From: an uncultured Acidobacteriota bacterium
GTDB taxonomy: Bacteria; Acidobacteriota; UBA6911
NCBI GenBank assembly: GCA_963809485.1
Contig: CAWEJX010000015.1
Coordinates: 96,001-160,000, forward strand
Direction of reading: 5' to 3'
Length of the DNA: 64,000 bases
Shown: positions 40,215-51,241 of the stretch, piece by piece
Numbering within the stretch: the first letter of the stretch is position 1
Layout: every line of letters begins with the position of its first letter
The notes under the pieces: generated by a model
Databases searched by the model: none
What the model was told of the DNA's origin: nothing
Seen by the model: the letters and a program-made list of their open reading frames with translations, nothing else
Program-made: the position numbers and the translations under genes

Positions 40215-41536
40215 CCACCGGCTCTCTCCTGGCAGAAATCATGTATTGTCTGAATCATGAATTGAATCATCGATTCGCTCAGGCCGGGATAGACACCGAC
40301 CCATAACATCCGTTCCATTACGAAATCTGTGTTTTTCAGCTCTCCAACCGTTCGGCATCGGATTCCCTGGTAGGCCGGCTGACGCAGCAGATTGCCTCCA
40401 AAAAGCAGACGGGTCGCGATTTTCCTTGCCTCCAGATATTGGATTAAAGCCGTTCGCGAAAAACAGACTTCCCTACGTATCGCAAGAGGAAACCCGAACC
40501 AGCTTGGTTGCGATCTTTGCGTTGCCTGAGGCAATATAAAGAAGCATTCCAGATCTCGTAGACCTTCGCAGAGCAGACTAAAATTTCGCTGCCGCGCCTC
40601 AATAAATTGCGGCAGCCTTTTTAGCTGAGCCAAGCCGACAGCCGCCTGCATCTCGGTTACCTTCAAGTTATAGCCAATATGGGAGAAGGTGTACTTGTGA
40701 TCATAGCCTTGAGGGAGAGTTCCAAGCTGCCAGCCAAACCGTTTCCTGCAAGTATTATCTTTGCCCGGCTCGCACCAGCAGTCACGCCCCCAGTCTCGGT
40801 AAGATTCTGCAAGTTTTTTGAGCTCGGAGTGGCCTGTGACAACACAGCCACCCTCCCCCATCGTTATATGATGAGCCGGATAAAAGCTGAAGGTAGCCAG
40901 GTCGCCAAAGGAGCCGACCGAACGCCCTTCATATGTCGCACCCAAAGCGTCACAGCAATCCTCAATCAGCCAAAGGCCATGCTTTCGGGCAAAATCAACA
41001 ACCCGGGTTACATCAAAAGGATTACCCAGCGTGTGCGCCACTGCAACAGCCCGGGTTCGATCAGATAAAGCCTCTTCAAGGCGATTTGCATCGATGTTGT
41101 ATGTGGGAATGTCTATATCAACAAATACTGGGACCAGACTGTTTTGGATAATCGGATTGACTGTAGTTGGAAAGCCCGCTGCGACTGTTATAACTTCATC
41201 CCCAGGTTTTAGTTGCCGCTCACCAAGACTTGAAGAGCACAGGCAGGAAAGCGCAACCAAATTGGCGGAGGAGCCTGAGTTTACAAGCAAAGCATGCGGG
41301 AAGCCGAAGGCTCTGGAGAATTCGTTTTCAAATTTCTCGGCAAAAGGTCCGGCCGTAAGCCAGAAATCAAGCGCGGAGTCCACAAGAGATTGAATTTCTG
41401 CTGCTCCGAACACGCGGCCCGAAACAGGGACCGGGCTTTCCCCAGGTATAAACGGCCGGTCGCGAAAAGCTTCCCTATAATATTCAGCAACCAAATCATG
41501 GATCTGCTTCCGATACTGGTCCGCCGTAGCCGTCAC
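40211..41536 (-). CDS. rfbH: CDP-6-deoxy-4-hexulose 3-dehydrase (E1; RfbH/DdhC)
   Basis: [45 protein letters not shown] (His instead of Lys), WGRDCWC...C, GYDHKY. Confidence 0.95.
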   Translation of the reverse strand: MTATADQYRKQIHDLVAEYYREAFRDRPFIPGESPVPVSGRVFGAAEIQSLVDSALDFWLTAGPFAEKFENEFSRAFGFPHALLVNSGSSANLVALSCLCSSSLGERQLKPGDEVITVAAGFPTTVNPIIQNSLVPVFVDIDIPTYNIDANRLEEALSDRTRAVAVAHTLGNPFDVTRVVDFARKHGLWLIEDCCDALGATYEGRSVGSFGDLATFSFYPAHHITMGEGGCVVTGHSELKKLAESYRDWGRDCWCEPGKDNTCRKRFGWQLGTLPQGYDHKYTFSHIGYNLKVTEMQAAVGLAQLKRLPQFIEARQRNFSLLCEGLRDLECFFILPQATQRSQPSWFGFPLAIRREVCFSRTALIQYLEARKIATRLLFGGNLLRQPAYQGIRCRTVGELKNTDFVMERMLWVGVYPGLSESMIQFMIQTIHDFCQERAGG

Positions 41537-42523
41537 GACAGAAATTCCTTATACCAATGAATGGTCTTTTGCAGTCCCTGCTGAAAAGTATATTGCGGTT
41601 CCCAAGCCAGCAAACGTCGCGCTTGCTCAGCACTGAGATATTGGCGTCGAATCTCATTGGAGGCTTCATTCCGAATGTCCGGGAGCAATTCTGAGCGCAT
41701 TTCCTCCAAAATTCTGTTTACCAGGTCGAGCACCGTAATCTGCATCTCGTAGGAAAAATTGAAAGCAAGCCCGTGAAGCTCGTGGTTTTCAGCCAGGCGT
41801 TCGGCAAGAAGAATGTAGGCAGCGGCGCCATCCTCGACATAGATATAATCCCTTGTATATCGGCCGTCTGACCGTATTACCGGGCGCTCTCCATGCAGCA
41901 CGGAACGGATAGTCCCAGGTACGATTCGATTCCAGTTGAGATCGCCGCCGCCAAAAAAATTGGCGCATCGGCTTATAGCGACCGGCAGGCCATAAGTAAT
42001 TGCATAGCATTGGGAAATCAGGTCTGCGCAGGATTTACTGACATCGTAAGGGTATCGTCCCTGAAGGGCGCATTCCTCGCTATAGGGAAGCGTCTCGTGC
42101 TCACCGTAAGCCTTATCTGAAGATGCCACCAGAATTGATGCGAATACCCGGCGACCTCCGGCAGGCCTCGAGAAGGCTCCATGTCCCTCTTATATTGCTT
42201 TCAAAAGTAGAAATCGGATTATTGTTTGCGATGCCGACAATTGTTTGAGCCGCCAAATGAAAGACCGAGCTGATTTCATACTCTCCAAGTATTCGCTCGA
42301 CCAACTCCCGATCACATACATCCCCGCGAACCACCTTGATTTTGTCTATCAGCCTGTCTCGCACCAATTGGCTCTGCGGAAACCAATCCCGAACAAGACA
42401 TACAATATCAGCCCCTTTTCCCAGCAGTCGGCGCGTGAGCCAGCCTCCCAGCAGGCCTGTAGCGCCGGTAACAAACACACGACGCTCAGACCAGTAGGTA
42501 TCCTTTATAGCCATACTTTCCAT
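41533..42523 (-). pseudogene. rfbG: CDP-glucose 4,6-dehydratase-like SDR, frameshifted near 42130
   Basis: [45 protein letters not shown]; between rfbF and rfbH. Confidence 0.8.
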
Positions 42524-43296
42524 GGAGCGCGTCCCGAGGACCACTGATCATTAAGATATTGATATTCGCGATAGGTGTCCATGGCATAAAAAAAGCCATT
42601 ATGCCTGAATGCCTTGAGCTGTCCGTCTGCCGATAAATTTTCAAGCGGTTCGCGTTCGAGAATGCAGTCATCGCCCCGCAGATAGTCAAATACTCCTCGC
42701 TCAAACACAAAAAAGCCCGCGCTTATCCATCCTTCAGAACGAGGCTTTTCCATGAATTGCTTAACATAGCCATCTTCATCCAGGGCAATGGTTCCGAATC
42801 TCGAAATTGGGCGAACCGTTGTAACGGTAGCCAGTTTCCCATGACTTTTGTGAAATGCAACCAGACGGCCGATATCCAGATCGGTGAGGCCGTCGCCATA
42901 TGTCACAAGGAAAGTGTCATCAGTTATATATTTCTGAATCCGCCTGATGCGTCCCCCAGTTTGAACTTCGAGACCGGTATCTGCCAGAGTCACGCAAAAA
43001 TCCTGCTCCCCATGGGAGCCATTATATTGGACATGCGATTGCTTGCCGAGGCAGATGGTAAAGTCGTTATTCATCGCCTCATAATTCAAGAAATATTCCT
43101 TGATCATATTGCCGCGGTAGCCAAGGCAAAGAATAAAGTCATGAAAACCATGTTGAGCATAAATTTTCATGATATGCCATAGAATAGGACGTCCCCCTAT
43201 TTCGACCATAGGCTTGGGACGAAATTCAGTTTCTTCCCGCAATCGGGTTCCGAGACCGCCGCAAAGCATAACCACCTTCATTGGGAAACGCTCCAT
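42505..43296 (-). CDS. rfbF: Glucose-1-phosphate cytidylyltransferase
   Basis: [52 protein letters not shown]. Confidence 0.95.
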   Translation of the reverse strand: MERFPMKVVMLCGGLGTRLREETEFRPKPMVEIGGRPILWHIMKIYAQHGFHDFILCLGYRGNMIKEYFLNYEAMNNDFTICLGKQSHVQYNGSHGEQDFCVTLADTGLEVQTGGRIRRIQKYITDDTFLVTYGDGLTDLDIGRLVAFHKSHGKLATVTTVRPISRFGTIALDEDGYVKQFMEKPRSEGWISAGFFVFERGVFDYLRGDDCILEREPLENLSADGQLKAFRHNGFFYAMDTYREYQYLNDQWSSGRAPWKVWL

Positions 43297-43823
43297 TTGT
43301 TCATGCTTTCTTACCTAAACCATCAGGCTCAAACGCGTACCTCTGCCCATTTCATCGGCGGGCTGCTTTTATATCTATACTATTCCCGGGTAAATAATCT
43401 AAGCAAAACCAAAAAAACTTCGCAAGCCAACAGAAAAAACAAACCGAGAAATCCTGCATCCGTTTCACCTATGCCAAAGGGGATGTACGGGAAGGCTTAA
43501 GATGGCATCACTTTCCAAAATTCCTCGGCAACGAGGCTGTCCCGGATCAAATAGAGAACCTCATTCCATAAACGCATTTTCTTCCCCGAATGATAAATTC
43601 CATAAAATTGATAAATTCAGGACCTTGCGGCTGAATATTAGAACAAAATCGAGCATGCCAAAACAAGGATCCGCGGAAATCCATTTCAGAGTTTCAATAA
43701 ACATTACCATGCTTAGATTCAGGGTCGCCACTGGAGCCAGGGATTCCTAAACAGTAGTTTTGCCCGAAAGAAACATCATGTGGATTAAACAACCTGTAGC
43801 ACGCAGGATTGTTGTTCAAAGCT

Positions 43824-45467
43824 TTACCGAGTAGGCGTCGCCGTGCTTATGTCTTGTACCGATTTGCAGCGAACATAAATTGACGCACCAGGATTGTCGT
43901 AGATTATTGAATAATTTGGATTTGCAGAGATCGACCCCCTCAGAAAAGAGCAGCAGTCTTCCGGGCGTCCGCTCTCGAATGATTTAGCCGAATAGGGCAT
44001 GGCTCTCCTCTTCACAACGTAGATATGCGTAGCAGCCCCAGGGGATCTTTGAAGCCATCGATCCAGGCAGCTGACGCCCTCCTGCGCACACAAAATTAGC
44101 TGTCTGTTCTGACTGACCCTACCCGCGAATTCCCCACCTGGCAGCCATTCGGTTCCCTGCACCGTACCAATGCTGTGACGCTTCGCGAGTGTTGGCAACC
44201 ATTCCGATGACCGGTCAACCGACCAAAGCTCCGAGGTCACAACCAGGAAATTGCTGGAAGCCGGTGTGTTCTGAGAAACCCATCTCATTGCTGCCCGCTC
44301 ATCTTCCGATAGGAAGGATAGCGTATATGTGGATGCTCCGAGACAGGACAAGAATGCGTAGATACCCAATATTAGCATAGCCCATCCGGCTATTTTTTTG
44401 CGCCTGAGTGAACCGGCAGCATTTACATCATCCGTGGAATCAACAGCTTCCACGCCGACAAGCACAGGCCAGAGGACATTTATGGCACCCATTCCGCCAA
44501 GCAATGCTAATGGCACCGCGCCTGTCGTAGTCGGCACCCACCCGTCAAGCGCAAAGGTCGCAAAAACCCAGGCCGGCAACCAGAACTCGCGCCTGAAAAG
44601 ACAGATCAAGACTCCCAGGATAGCGACAAATGCCAAAATGGGTACGAAGGGTTCGCCGGTACCTCCGGATAGGAGAAGCCATCCCAACCCTCCGGCAATT
44701 GACCAACCGTGGTTCGTGCTAGCCATATAGGGCGCCAATCCATGTCTGGAGAGCACCAAAATCCACCATGGGCTGGTTACGACAATCACACCAATACCGA
44801 CAATTAACGAGTTGACAATACTCCGGATATTACGCCCCAAAAACAGAAGCATTAACGCTGCGCTGTATGCAACAAACCATGACATTTGCGGGTGACTGAG
44901 CACAACACCAGAAGAGAAAATAGCAGCCCATATCAGATCTTTTTTCCGGCCTGACGCGTACATCAGATAAATCGACCTCAGCGACAAAATGGCCAAGAGA
45001 AAGCCCACGGATCGCGTCAAACCTCCGCCCATCAGCATCCAGTGAATGGGCTCGGGCAAAAGCGCACATATCAAAGTTGCCGAAAGCACAGTCCATTCCG
45101 AGTGCAGAATGACACGGGCGAATGCGTAGAATGCCACTATCGTCAACATGCTTATTGTAAAGGGCAGCCATCGCAGGATCTCTTCCAACGGCCATTGAAA
45201 CAGCGATTGAATGGCAGCAGAAAGATAAAGCGCCAGCGGCGGATAGGCGAAAGGAATCTTCATTCCGTTATATGAAGTGAAGGCAGGCAATTCAAAATGT
45301 GATGCCTGCAGATCCCGAACCATAGCAAAGAACATTCCGCCGTCCATCAATGGGAAATTGGATGATTGGAGCGGCAGAATACGAACAGCTGCTCCAACGC
45401 ATAGCGCGATGGCCAGAACAGCCATTTTCGTGGATTCAGTAATCGGCGGATCCTTTTCTAGGCGCAT
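43824..45467 (-). CDS. GT-C-like (ArnT/PMT-type) membrane glycosyltransferase, paralog A
   Basis: FPLMDGGMF, IPFAYPPL, GGGLTRSVG, LSHP, ERAAMRWV..NTP, SEWLP, TVQGTEW; start uncertain. Confidence 0.75.
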   Translation of the reverse strand: MRLEKDPPITESTKMAVLAIALCVGAAVRILPLQSSNFPLMDGGMFFAMVRDLQASHFELPAFTSYNGMKIPFAYPPLALYLSAAIQSLFQWPLEEILRWLPFTISMLTIVAFYAFARVILHSEWTVLSATLICALLPEPIHWMLMGGGLTRSVGFLLAILSLRSIYLMYASGRKKDLIWAAIFSSGVVLSHPQMSWFVAYSAALMLLFLGRNIRSIVNSLIVGIGVIVVTSPWWILVLSRHGLAPYMASTNHGWSIAGGLGWLLLSGGTGEPFVPILAFVAILGVLICLFRREFWLPAWVFATFALDGWVPTTTGAVPLALLGGMGAINVLWPVLVGVEAVDSTDDVNAAGSLRRKKIAGWAMLILGIYAFLSCLGASTYTLSFLSEDERAAMRWVSQNTPASSNFLVVTSELWSVDRSSEWLPTLAKRHSIGTVQGTEWLPGGEFAGRVSQNRQLILCAQEGVSCLDRWLQRSPGAATHIYVVKRRAMPYSAKSFESGRPEDCCSFLRGSISANPNYSIIYDNPGASIYVRCKSVQDISTATPTR

Positions 45468-45483
45468 ATCACCGGTTTTAGCA

Positions 45484-47155
45484 TTAAGAGCGACGGTAGA
45501 TAACTGCGCCGTCGCCTTCATAGATAAGTGCGTATCTCCCTGCATTAGAAAGCGAGTTGATCAATGCTTTGCAGCAATCGCCAGATTGCGCCGTCCAGAT
45601 CGTGGCTGCAGCAGATCTGCGCTTGGGGATATATATATATTCAACATTTGTATCCGATTGCTCTAACCAGGAATCCAGACACGTTGAGCCGATTGCAGCA
45701 CATTTCTCCAATTCTTCGTGCCGTCTTATTAGAGTGGCAAAACGATTTCCACCCAACCACTCTGAACCCTGGACCGTGCTGATATTCTTGCGTTGGGCGA
45801 TCACAGGAAACCATTCACCGGATCGGTCAGCCGCCCAAAATTCGGACGGTATAGTCACAAAGACTGCATCCGATGGCGTGTTCTCCGCGATCCACGCCAT
45901 AGCCTCACGTTCCGACCTCGGCAAAGGAGCAAGCAGTCCGGCGTTTCCATTTATTGCGGAAAATACGAGATAGCAGATGACAGCAGCATATGCGAAGAAC
46001 CCAATTGAATCGAAAGAAGCTGCTTTTGCAGCTGCGGCATCGTTCTTGAGAAAAACTGGCGCATTTATAGGTCCATCAATAAGGCCTGCAAAATAAACCG
46101 ATAATCTTTCAAGGCCGAGTGCCATCAACAGAGCCAACGCCGCTGTTGATGTTGTATAGGCACTCCTCAAATCCAACAGGAATGCCGCCACGATCCAGAC
46201 AGGAAGAAGAGCTTTCTTCTTGGCCAAAGAACTAATCATTCCGATCGCAGCCAGAAGAGCTGAAAACGGTATCAATTCCTCAGGAGAAGGGCCCTGAACC
46301 AATAATCTAGATATCCCATCCAGACCTGACCAGCCGGGAGCGGCGGCAGATAAAAAAGGTCTTATCCCATGGTAGTACAAAATCATCCCCCACCATAGGG
46401 ATGCCACTATTGCCGCACCGAGTCCAAGCATTACAACCTTTCTTAGATCCCTCAAATTTCGGATATAGAAAACTGAAAAAATTGCAGTCGTGTAAGCCAC
46501 ATAATATGCCATCTCCGGATGCGAAAGCGCAGTAAGGCCGCCAAATGCCATCGCATATAGGAAATGACGCCGGCTTCGGCATCTGAACAAAAAGTAAATA
46601 TGGCGAATCGCAAAAAGCGCGAAGAAAAAGCCAAGCGATCGGGTTAGGCCTCCTCCCATAATCAGGTATAGCGTACTCCTTGGAAGAAGCGCGAAAAAAA
46701 TCACAGCCCACCCGGCAACGAGCTCCCTTCGGGAAAAATGCCAAAGCCAATGAATAAAAAGCGGGAATGCAAAGAAGATTTATAAAAAATGGCAAGAACC
46801 TGAAAATAGAGAGCAGATCCCACTGAGTCAGGCTTTGAAGAATTCCGGCCAGGTAGAAGGCCAGCGGCGGATAGGCGAAAGGTATGTTTGTTCCGTTATA
46901 GGAAGTAAAAAGCGGAAGGCGAAAATGGTTTGCCTGGAGCTCACGGACCATCGTGTAAAACAGCCCGCCATCATTGAGGGGAAAGTCGGTATTGAGCACA
47001 AAAGGCAACCGAACGGCAAGTCCCAGCAATACCGCAACCGAGAATATCAGATATCGATTTCGTTTTTCAGACTGCATTTCGAATATGGCGATCTTTTGCA
47101 TTGAAAAATCAGGCAGGCTCAACATTGAGGCAGCATCCTGTAGCCTGAAATTCAT
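45484..47155 (-). pseudogene. GT-C-like membrane glycosyltransferase, paralog B, frameshifted near 46720
   Basis: FPLNDGGLF, IPFAYPPL in 46307-47155; GGGLTRSLG, LSHP, EREAMAWI..NTP, TVQGSEW in 45484-46704. Confidence 0.75.
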
Positions 47156-47406
47156 CCTCTATGCATATCGGATTTTGCGACAACAGACGGTGCAACCTTA
47201 TATCATAGAAACATTGGCATTTCCCGGAAAAAGGCAGGGGAAGAATTGACCGATGTAATAGCCTGCAATCGCCCCATTTCCCCCAGGTTGCCATCCAATT
47301 CCCCCGATTCATTAGAGCTGCCCTTGGCATTTTTTCGCCTGTCGCACAAGTTAGAGATATAATTTGTTCTCCACAATCCGATATATAGCTAAGGCCGGTA
47401 AAGCCT

Positions 47407-48579
47407 ATGATTTCCTATGGATTACATGGTGTGAATTTGGATCTCAACGGATTGAAATACCTGATTGTCGGGGCAGGTTTCTACGGCTGCACCATTGCCG
47501 AACGAATTGCGGAAGATAAGAAGCTAAAAGTTTTGGTAGTTGAAAAAAGAAACCATATTGGAGGAAACAGCTACTCAGAAATAGAGCCGGAAACCGGCAT
47601 CGAATGCCATAAATATGGCTCTCACATCTTTCACACCAAGTCATCTGAAGTCTGGCAATACCTTAACCGGTTCTGCTCATTTAACCACTACAGGCACAAG
47701 GTTTTATCCAGCTACAAGGGTCGGATGTACCCCATTCCGATAAACCTGCAGACAATTAATGCATTTTATGGTTCCTGCCTGACCCCCAGCCAGGCCAAAC
47801 AAATGGTTTTTGCTGAAGCGGAAGGAAAACTGCCTGAGCAGCAGGAGGGGATCGGGACCGCAGCCCTATCGGCTTTCGGAAGGTCACTATACGAAGCATT
47901 CATAGAGGGCTACTCTGCGAAACAATGGGGAATAGATCCATCTCAGCTTCCCAAGGCAACGCTTGACAGGCTGCCGATTCGCTTTAACTACAAAACCGAT
48001 TATTTTGATGATCGGTGGCAGGGGATTCCCATGGACGGCTATGGGAAGCTTTTCGCCTCCATTCTGAATCACAAAAACATCGATGTTATTCTGGGGGTCG
48101 ATTATTACCAGGTGAGTCATTTAGTTCCGAAGGACTGCTGCGTAATTTTTTCAGGGCCAATTGACAGATTTTTCAGCTATCGATATGGAGGGCTGAAATG
48201 GCGATCTATCAGGTTCGAGCAGGAAATACTGGACGTCGGCGACTACCAGGGCACCTCTGTCGTAAATTATCCGGAAGCCAGCGTCGCCTACACGCGTATT
48301 CACGAATATCGGCATTATCATGAGGAAAGATGCTATCCCGTTGATCAAACCGTAATTGCTAAAGAATATCCAATTAATTCGTTCAGCGGTGAAGATCCGT
48401 CCTACCCGGTGAATACTGACAGGGACAAGGAAATCTGCCGGCTTTACAAGGAACAGGCTCAATCGACTCCTAATGTGATTCTCGGAGGAAGGCTGGGAAG
48501 CTACTCCTACCTGAACATGGATGAAGCGGTTTTTCAAGCATTGCAGACATATAATTCATTTATAAAACAGAGGCCCTAA
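47407..48579 (+). CDS. glf: UDP-galactopyranose mutase
   Basis: IVGAGFYG, HIGGN, HKYGSHIFH, GYSAKQWG, YFDD.WQGIP, YTRIHEY, GGRLGSYSYLNMD; start may be GTG 47431. Confidence 0.93.
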   Translation: MISYGLHGVNLDLNGLKYLIVGAGFYGCTIAERIAEDKKLKVLVVEKRNHIGGNSYSEIEPETGIECHKYGSHIFHTKSSEVWQYLNRFCSFNHYRHKVLSSYKGRMYPIPINLQTINAFYGSCLTPSQAKQMVFAEAEGKLPEQQEGIGTAALSAFGRSLYEAFIEGYSAKQWGIDPSQLPKATLDRLPIRFNYKTDYFDDRWQGIPMDGYGKLFASILNHKNIDVILGVDYYQVSHLVPKDCCVIFSGPIDRFFSYRYGGLKWRSIRFEQEILDVGDYQGTSVVNYPEASVAYTRIHEYRHYHEERCYPVDQTVIAKEYPINSFSGEDPSYPVNTDRDKEICRLYKEQAQSTPNVILGGRLGSYSYLNMDEAVFQALQTYNSFIKQRP

Positions 48580-48633
48580 TAAAAGGATCAATCCGGCATC
48601 GCCGGGGCCGTGAGGTTTAGCGGAGGTCAACGG

Positions 48634-49344
48634 GTGACAGCCAAAAAGTCCCTCGCGATTGTAATGCCCGTGTATAACGAGAGTGCGTGTATTGCAAAGG
48701 TCGTTGAAGACTGGATCCAGGCATTGAACCAGTTAGGCATGGAATTTGAGTTTTTCATTCTGGATGATGGATCTACCGATAGCACCAGCAATGAGCTCGC
48801 CAGATTCCAGGGCGACAAGCGGGTAAAGGTTCTGCGCCACAGCAATAGGGGACATGGGCCAACCATCATGGCCGGCTACCTGCTTGCGTGCGAGTGCGCC
48901 GACTGGGTGTTTCAGACCGACAGCGATATGGAAATGGAATCGCGGCATTTCGCCGGTCTCTGGAACAGGCGCGAGAATTATGATGCGATTATGGCTGTAA
49001 GGAGCGGAAGGCGACAAGAAGCCTCAAGGCAAATCATCAGTTTCATTTCACGGCTAAGTGTCAAAATCCTTTATGGCTCCGGAGTAGTTGACGTCAATGT
49101 TCCCTATAGATTAATGCGCTCAGATGCACTTAAGCCAATTGTTGCGTGCATTCCACCAGACGTTTTCGCTCCCAATGTCATAATTTCCGGATTGCTATCG
49201 CTTGCTGGAGTAAGAATTCTGAATTTACATGTACCTCATGAGGGGAGGAAGACGGGAACCGTATCCATAGCCAGTTGGAGGCTTCTCAAGGGGGTATTCA
49301 GGTCTTTCTATGAGCTGATTTCAGTTCGTTTGAATTACAGATAA
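48634..49344 (+). CDS. GT2 glycosyltransferase, DPM1-like
   Basis: IVMPVYNE, LDDGSTD, NRGHG, FQTDSD, DVNVPYRL. Confidence 0.88.
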   Translation: MTAKKSLAIVMPVYNESACIAKVVEDWIQALNQLGMEFEFFILDDGSTDSTSNELARFQGDKRVKVLRHSNRGHGPTIMAGYLLACECADWVFQTDSDMEMESRHFAGLWNRRENYDAIMAVRSGRRQEASRQIISFISRLSVKILYGSGVVDVNVPYRLMRSDALKPIVACIPPDVFAPNVIISGLLSLAGVRILNLHVPHEGRKTGTVSIASWRLLKGVFRSFYELISVRLNYR

Positions 49345-49376
49345 TCCCATGGGGAGGTTTGTTGAGGATAAGATAT

Positions 49377-50399
49377 CTATTTCACTTCAATGCGCTGCCA
49401 GTCGTCAAGAGCGCGCCAGCGGCCATTCAGCTCCGGCTCAAACACCTCCAGCTGGGTTTCGGTCTCATTGGCGCCAACGGTCTGCTTTTTCTCGACAATC
49501 CTGCGCACCGGCTTTAATCCTGCATTAGAGGAAGCTGGGCCTGGCCGTTCAAGGACTTCCGTGGTCTGCTGCCGGCCGTTTTTCATCGGATTTTGAACCA
49601 CAGTCACGCGGCTATCCAGATTGAACTTGCCCTCGATATTCGGCGCATATGTCTCGGACTGCCACTGGGTCCGGCCGGAGGCATCTTTGGACTCGGTTAT
49701 GCGGAGTTGCTGCGCCAGAGAAAAACGGTTGTTGACGTCGTATCGGTAAACCTGCTCTTCAGTGCTCGTTTGATTTTTCCCCAGGGTGCTTTGGCTTAAC
49801 CGGCGTTCTGCGGCCGTCCAGGAACCGCTTTGGCCGGGCACATATTTCGTCCGGTCGATCTCCACGGCCGCTTCCCCTTTGCGCTTCTCTATTTGCTGGA
49901 TCCGTTCCTGTTCGACCAGGGATCTGTTCGTTCCCGGAAGGAGCAGTGATCTGCTGATTTGGTAGGTATCCGCACCTGCAGGATTCACCTCCTGAACTTC
50001 CTGCTGCACGGGGCTGAAGCTACCGTTTAAATCCTTTCTGGACACAGTACGGACCGCGCGCACGCGGTCGCCGGGGAGTTTTTTGATTTCTTCCACGACT
50101 GTTTCCGTCAACTGGCGCCCGCCATTAGCCGAGGAATTGAATACCCGGCGCGTGATGCGGGTTGTCTGCGCATCGACTTTAACTTCCTCCTGCTCGATTT
50201 CTTTGGACGGACCGCTTTCATTCTGGATTGCGAGAGACCTTAATTTATGGGTTGAATATTTCACACCAGCCGTCTCACCTGAACCATTAAGCCACTGGAA
50301 GGGAGCGTCTTCATCCTTGGCCTGTGCGGAACCCCTGTCAGGCGCAATTGCAAAAATAAGTGCAGCACCCAGTAGCAATTGCATAGCCCATCTATTCAT
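49377..50399 (-). CDS. Exported hypothetical beta-hairpin repeat protein
   Basis: Signal peptide; about eight ~33-aa repeats with xxDxNG-like turns. Confidence 0.7.
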   Translation of the reverse strand: MNRWAMQLLLGAALIFAIAPDRGSAQAKDEDAPFQWLNGSGETAGVKYSTHKLRSLAIQNESGPSKEIEQEEVKVDAQTTRITRRVFNSSANGGRQLTETVVEEIKKLPGDRVRAVRTVSRKDLNGSFSPVQQEVQEVNPAGADTYQISRSLLLPGTNRSLVEQERIQQIEKRKGEAAVEIDRTKYVPGQSGSWTAAERRLSQSTLGKNQTSTEEQVYRYDVNNRFSLAQQLRITESKDASGRTQWQSETYAPNIEGKFNLDSRVTVVQNPMKNGRQQTTEVLERPGPASSNAGLKPVRRIVEKKQTVGANETETQLEVFEPELNGRWRALDDWQRIEVK

Positions 50400-50511
50400 C
50401 GCGGATTACCTCTTTTCATGATGGCTTTCCACAGCTGTTCGATCTTGATTATATATCCATAAACTCTTTTCCCACAGATCTCGAGATCCACTCCTATAGG
50501 TTTATTGCCTT

Positions 50512-50952
50512 CTAGCTCAGGACCTCAACCGATGAAGAGTCAGATATAGCCGGCATCCTGATGTCAAAAGTCACAAGCGTGGCGTTTTTCGCTCGTGCCA
50601 GAGCCAGCAGATTAACATCCATCACTTGTCTGTTTCCCAGGATTTTCTTCCACAAATCCAGAAACTGCCGGGAAACAGGCGAAGGCAGCAGATCCAAATA
50701 TGCATGTTTGGCATCCGCCACCATGCGGGAAAGGAGTCCGACAACTTCAGCAGGGCTTTTAGATACTCCCACTAAAGAAGAATTGGACGACAGACGCACA
50801 AATCCGAGCTCGGTCAGTGCACAGGTTGCCCATTTGCAGTCGTCGACATCCAATCTGCGCATCGCGGATTCATGAAATTGATGGTTTGGCCATGCGATCG
50901 CCAGCAGTACGTTCACGCCGAGCAGCAGCAAATCAGAAGAGTCCTTCTTCAT
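50512..50952 (-). CDS. vapC: VapC PIN-domain toxin (first acidic residue appears replaced by Gly)
   Basis: LLLGVNVLLAIAWPNH, TCALTELGFVRL, QVMD.NLLALA, LVTFD; overlaps vapB. Confidence 0.85.
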   Translation of the reverse strand: MKKDSSDLLLLGVNVLLAIAWPNHQFHESAMRRLDVDDCKWATCALTELGFVRLSSNSSLVGVSKSPAEVVGLLSRMVADAKHAYLDLLPSPVSRQFLDLWKKILGNRQVMDVNLLALARAKNATLVTFDIRMPAISDSSSVEVLS

Positions 50953-51169
50953 CAATAATTTCCTGGATGCGGGAGGCCGGAATGACAGGGGCATCCGGCG
51001 GAACTTCAAACACCGGAAGCCTTGATTTATCGCGACGGATTGCGGCACGCTGCTTCAGCCCTCTGCGCGCCAGCTCGGAAATAATTTTGCCCAAACGGCG
51101 TCCGGTTGACCGCGAGAGATGCATCGCCGCTTCATAGACATCCTGGTCAAGCGTTACAGTTGTCCTCAT
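50933..51169 (-). CDS. vapB: VapB-type RHH antitoxin
   Basis: MRTTVTLDQDVYEAA...LGKIISELARRGL...LPVF; AGGAGA SD. Confidence 0.85.
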   Translation of the reverse strand: MRTTVTLDQDVYEAAMHLSRSTGRRLGKIISELARRGLKQRAAIRRDKSRLPVFEVPPDAPVIPASRIQEIIDEEGLF

Positions 51170-51176
51170 ATCTCCT

Positions 51177-51205
51177 AGTATGATAAGGTGATACGCCGAT
51201 GTCAA
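51177..51205 (-). promoter_or_regulatory. Sigma70 promoter of vapBC
   Basis: Minus strand TTGACA (51205-51200), 17 bp, CATACT (51182-51177). Confidence 0.6.
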
Positions 51206-51241
51206 TGCATCACATACCCCTCCGGCTGTTGCGGCCGGCGA

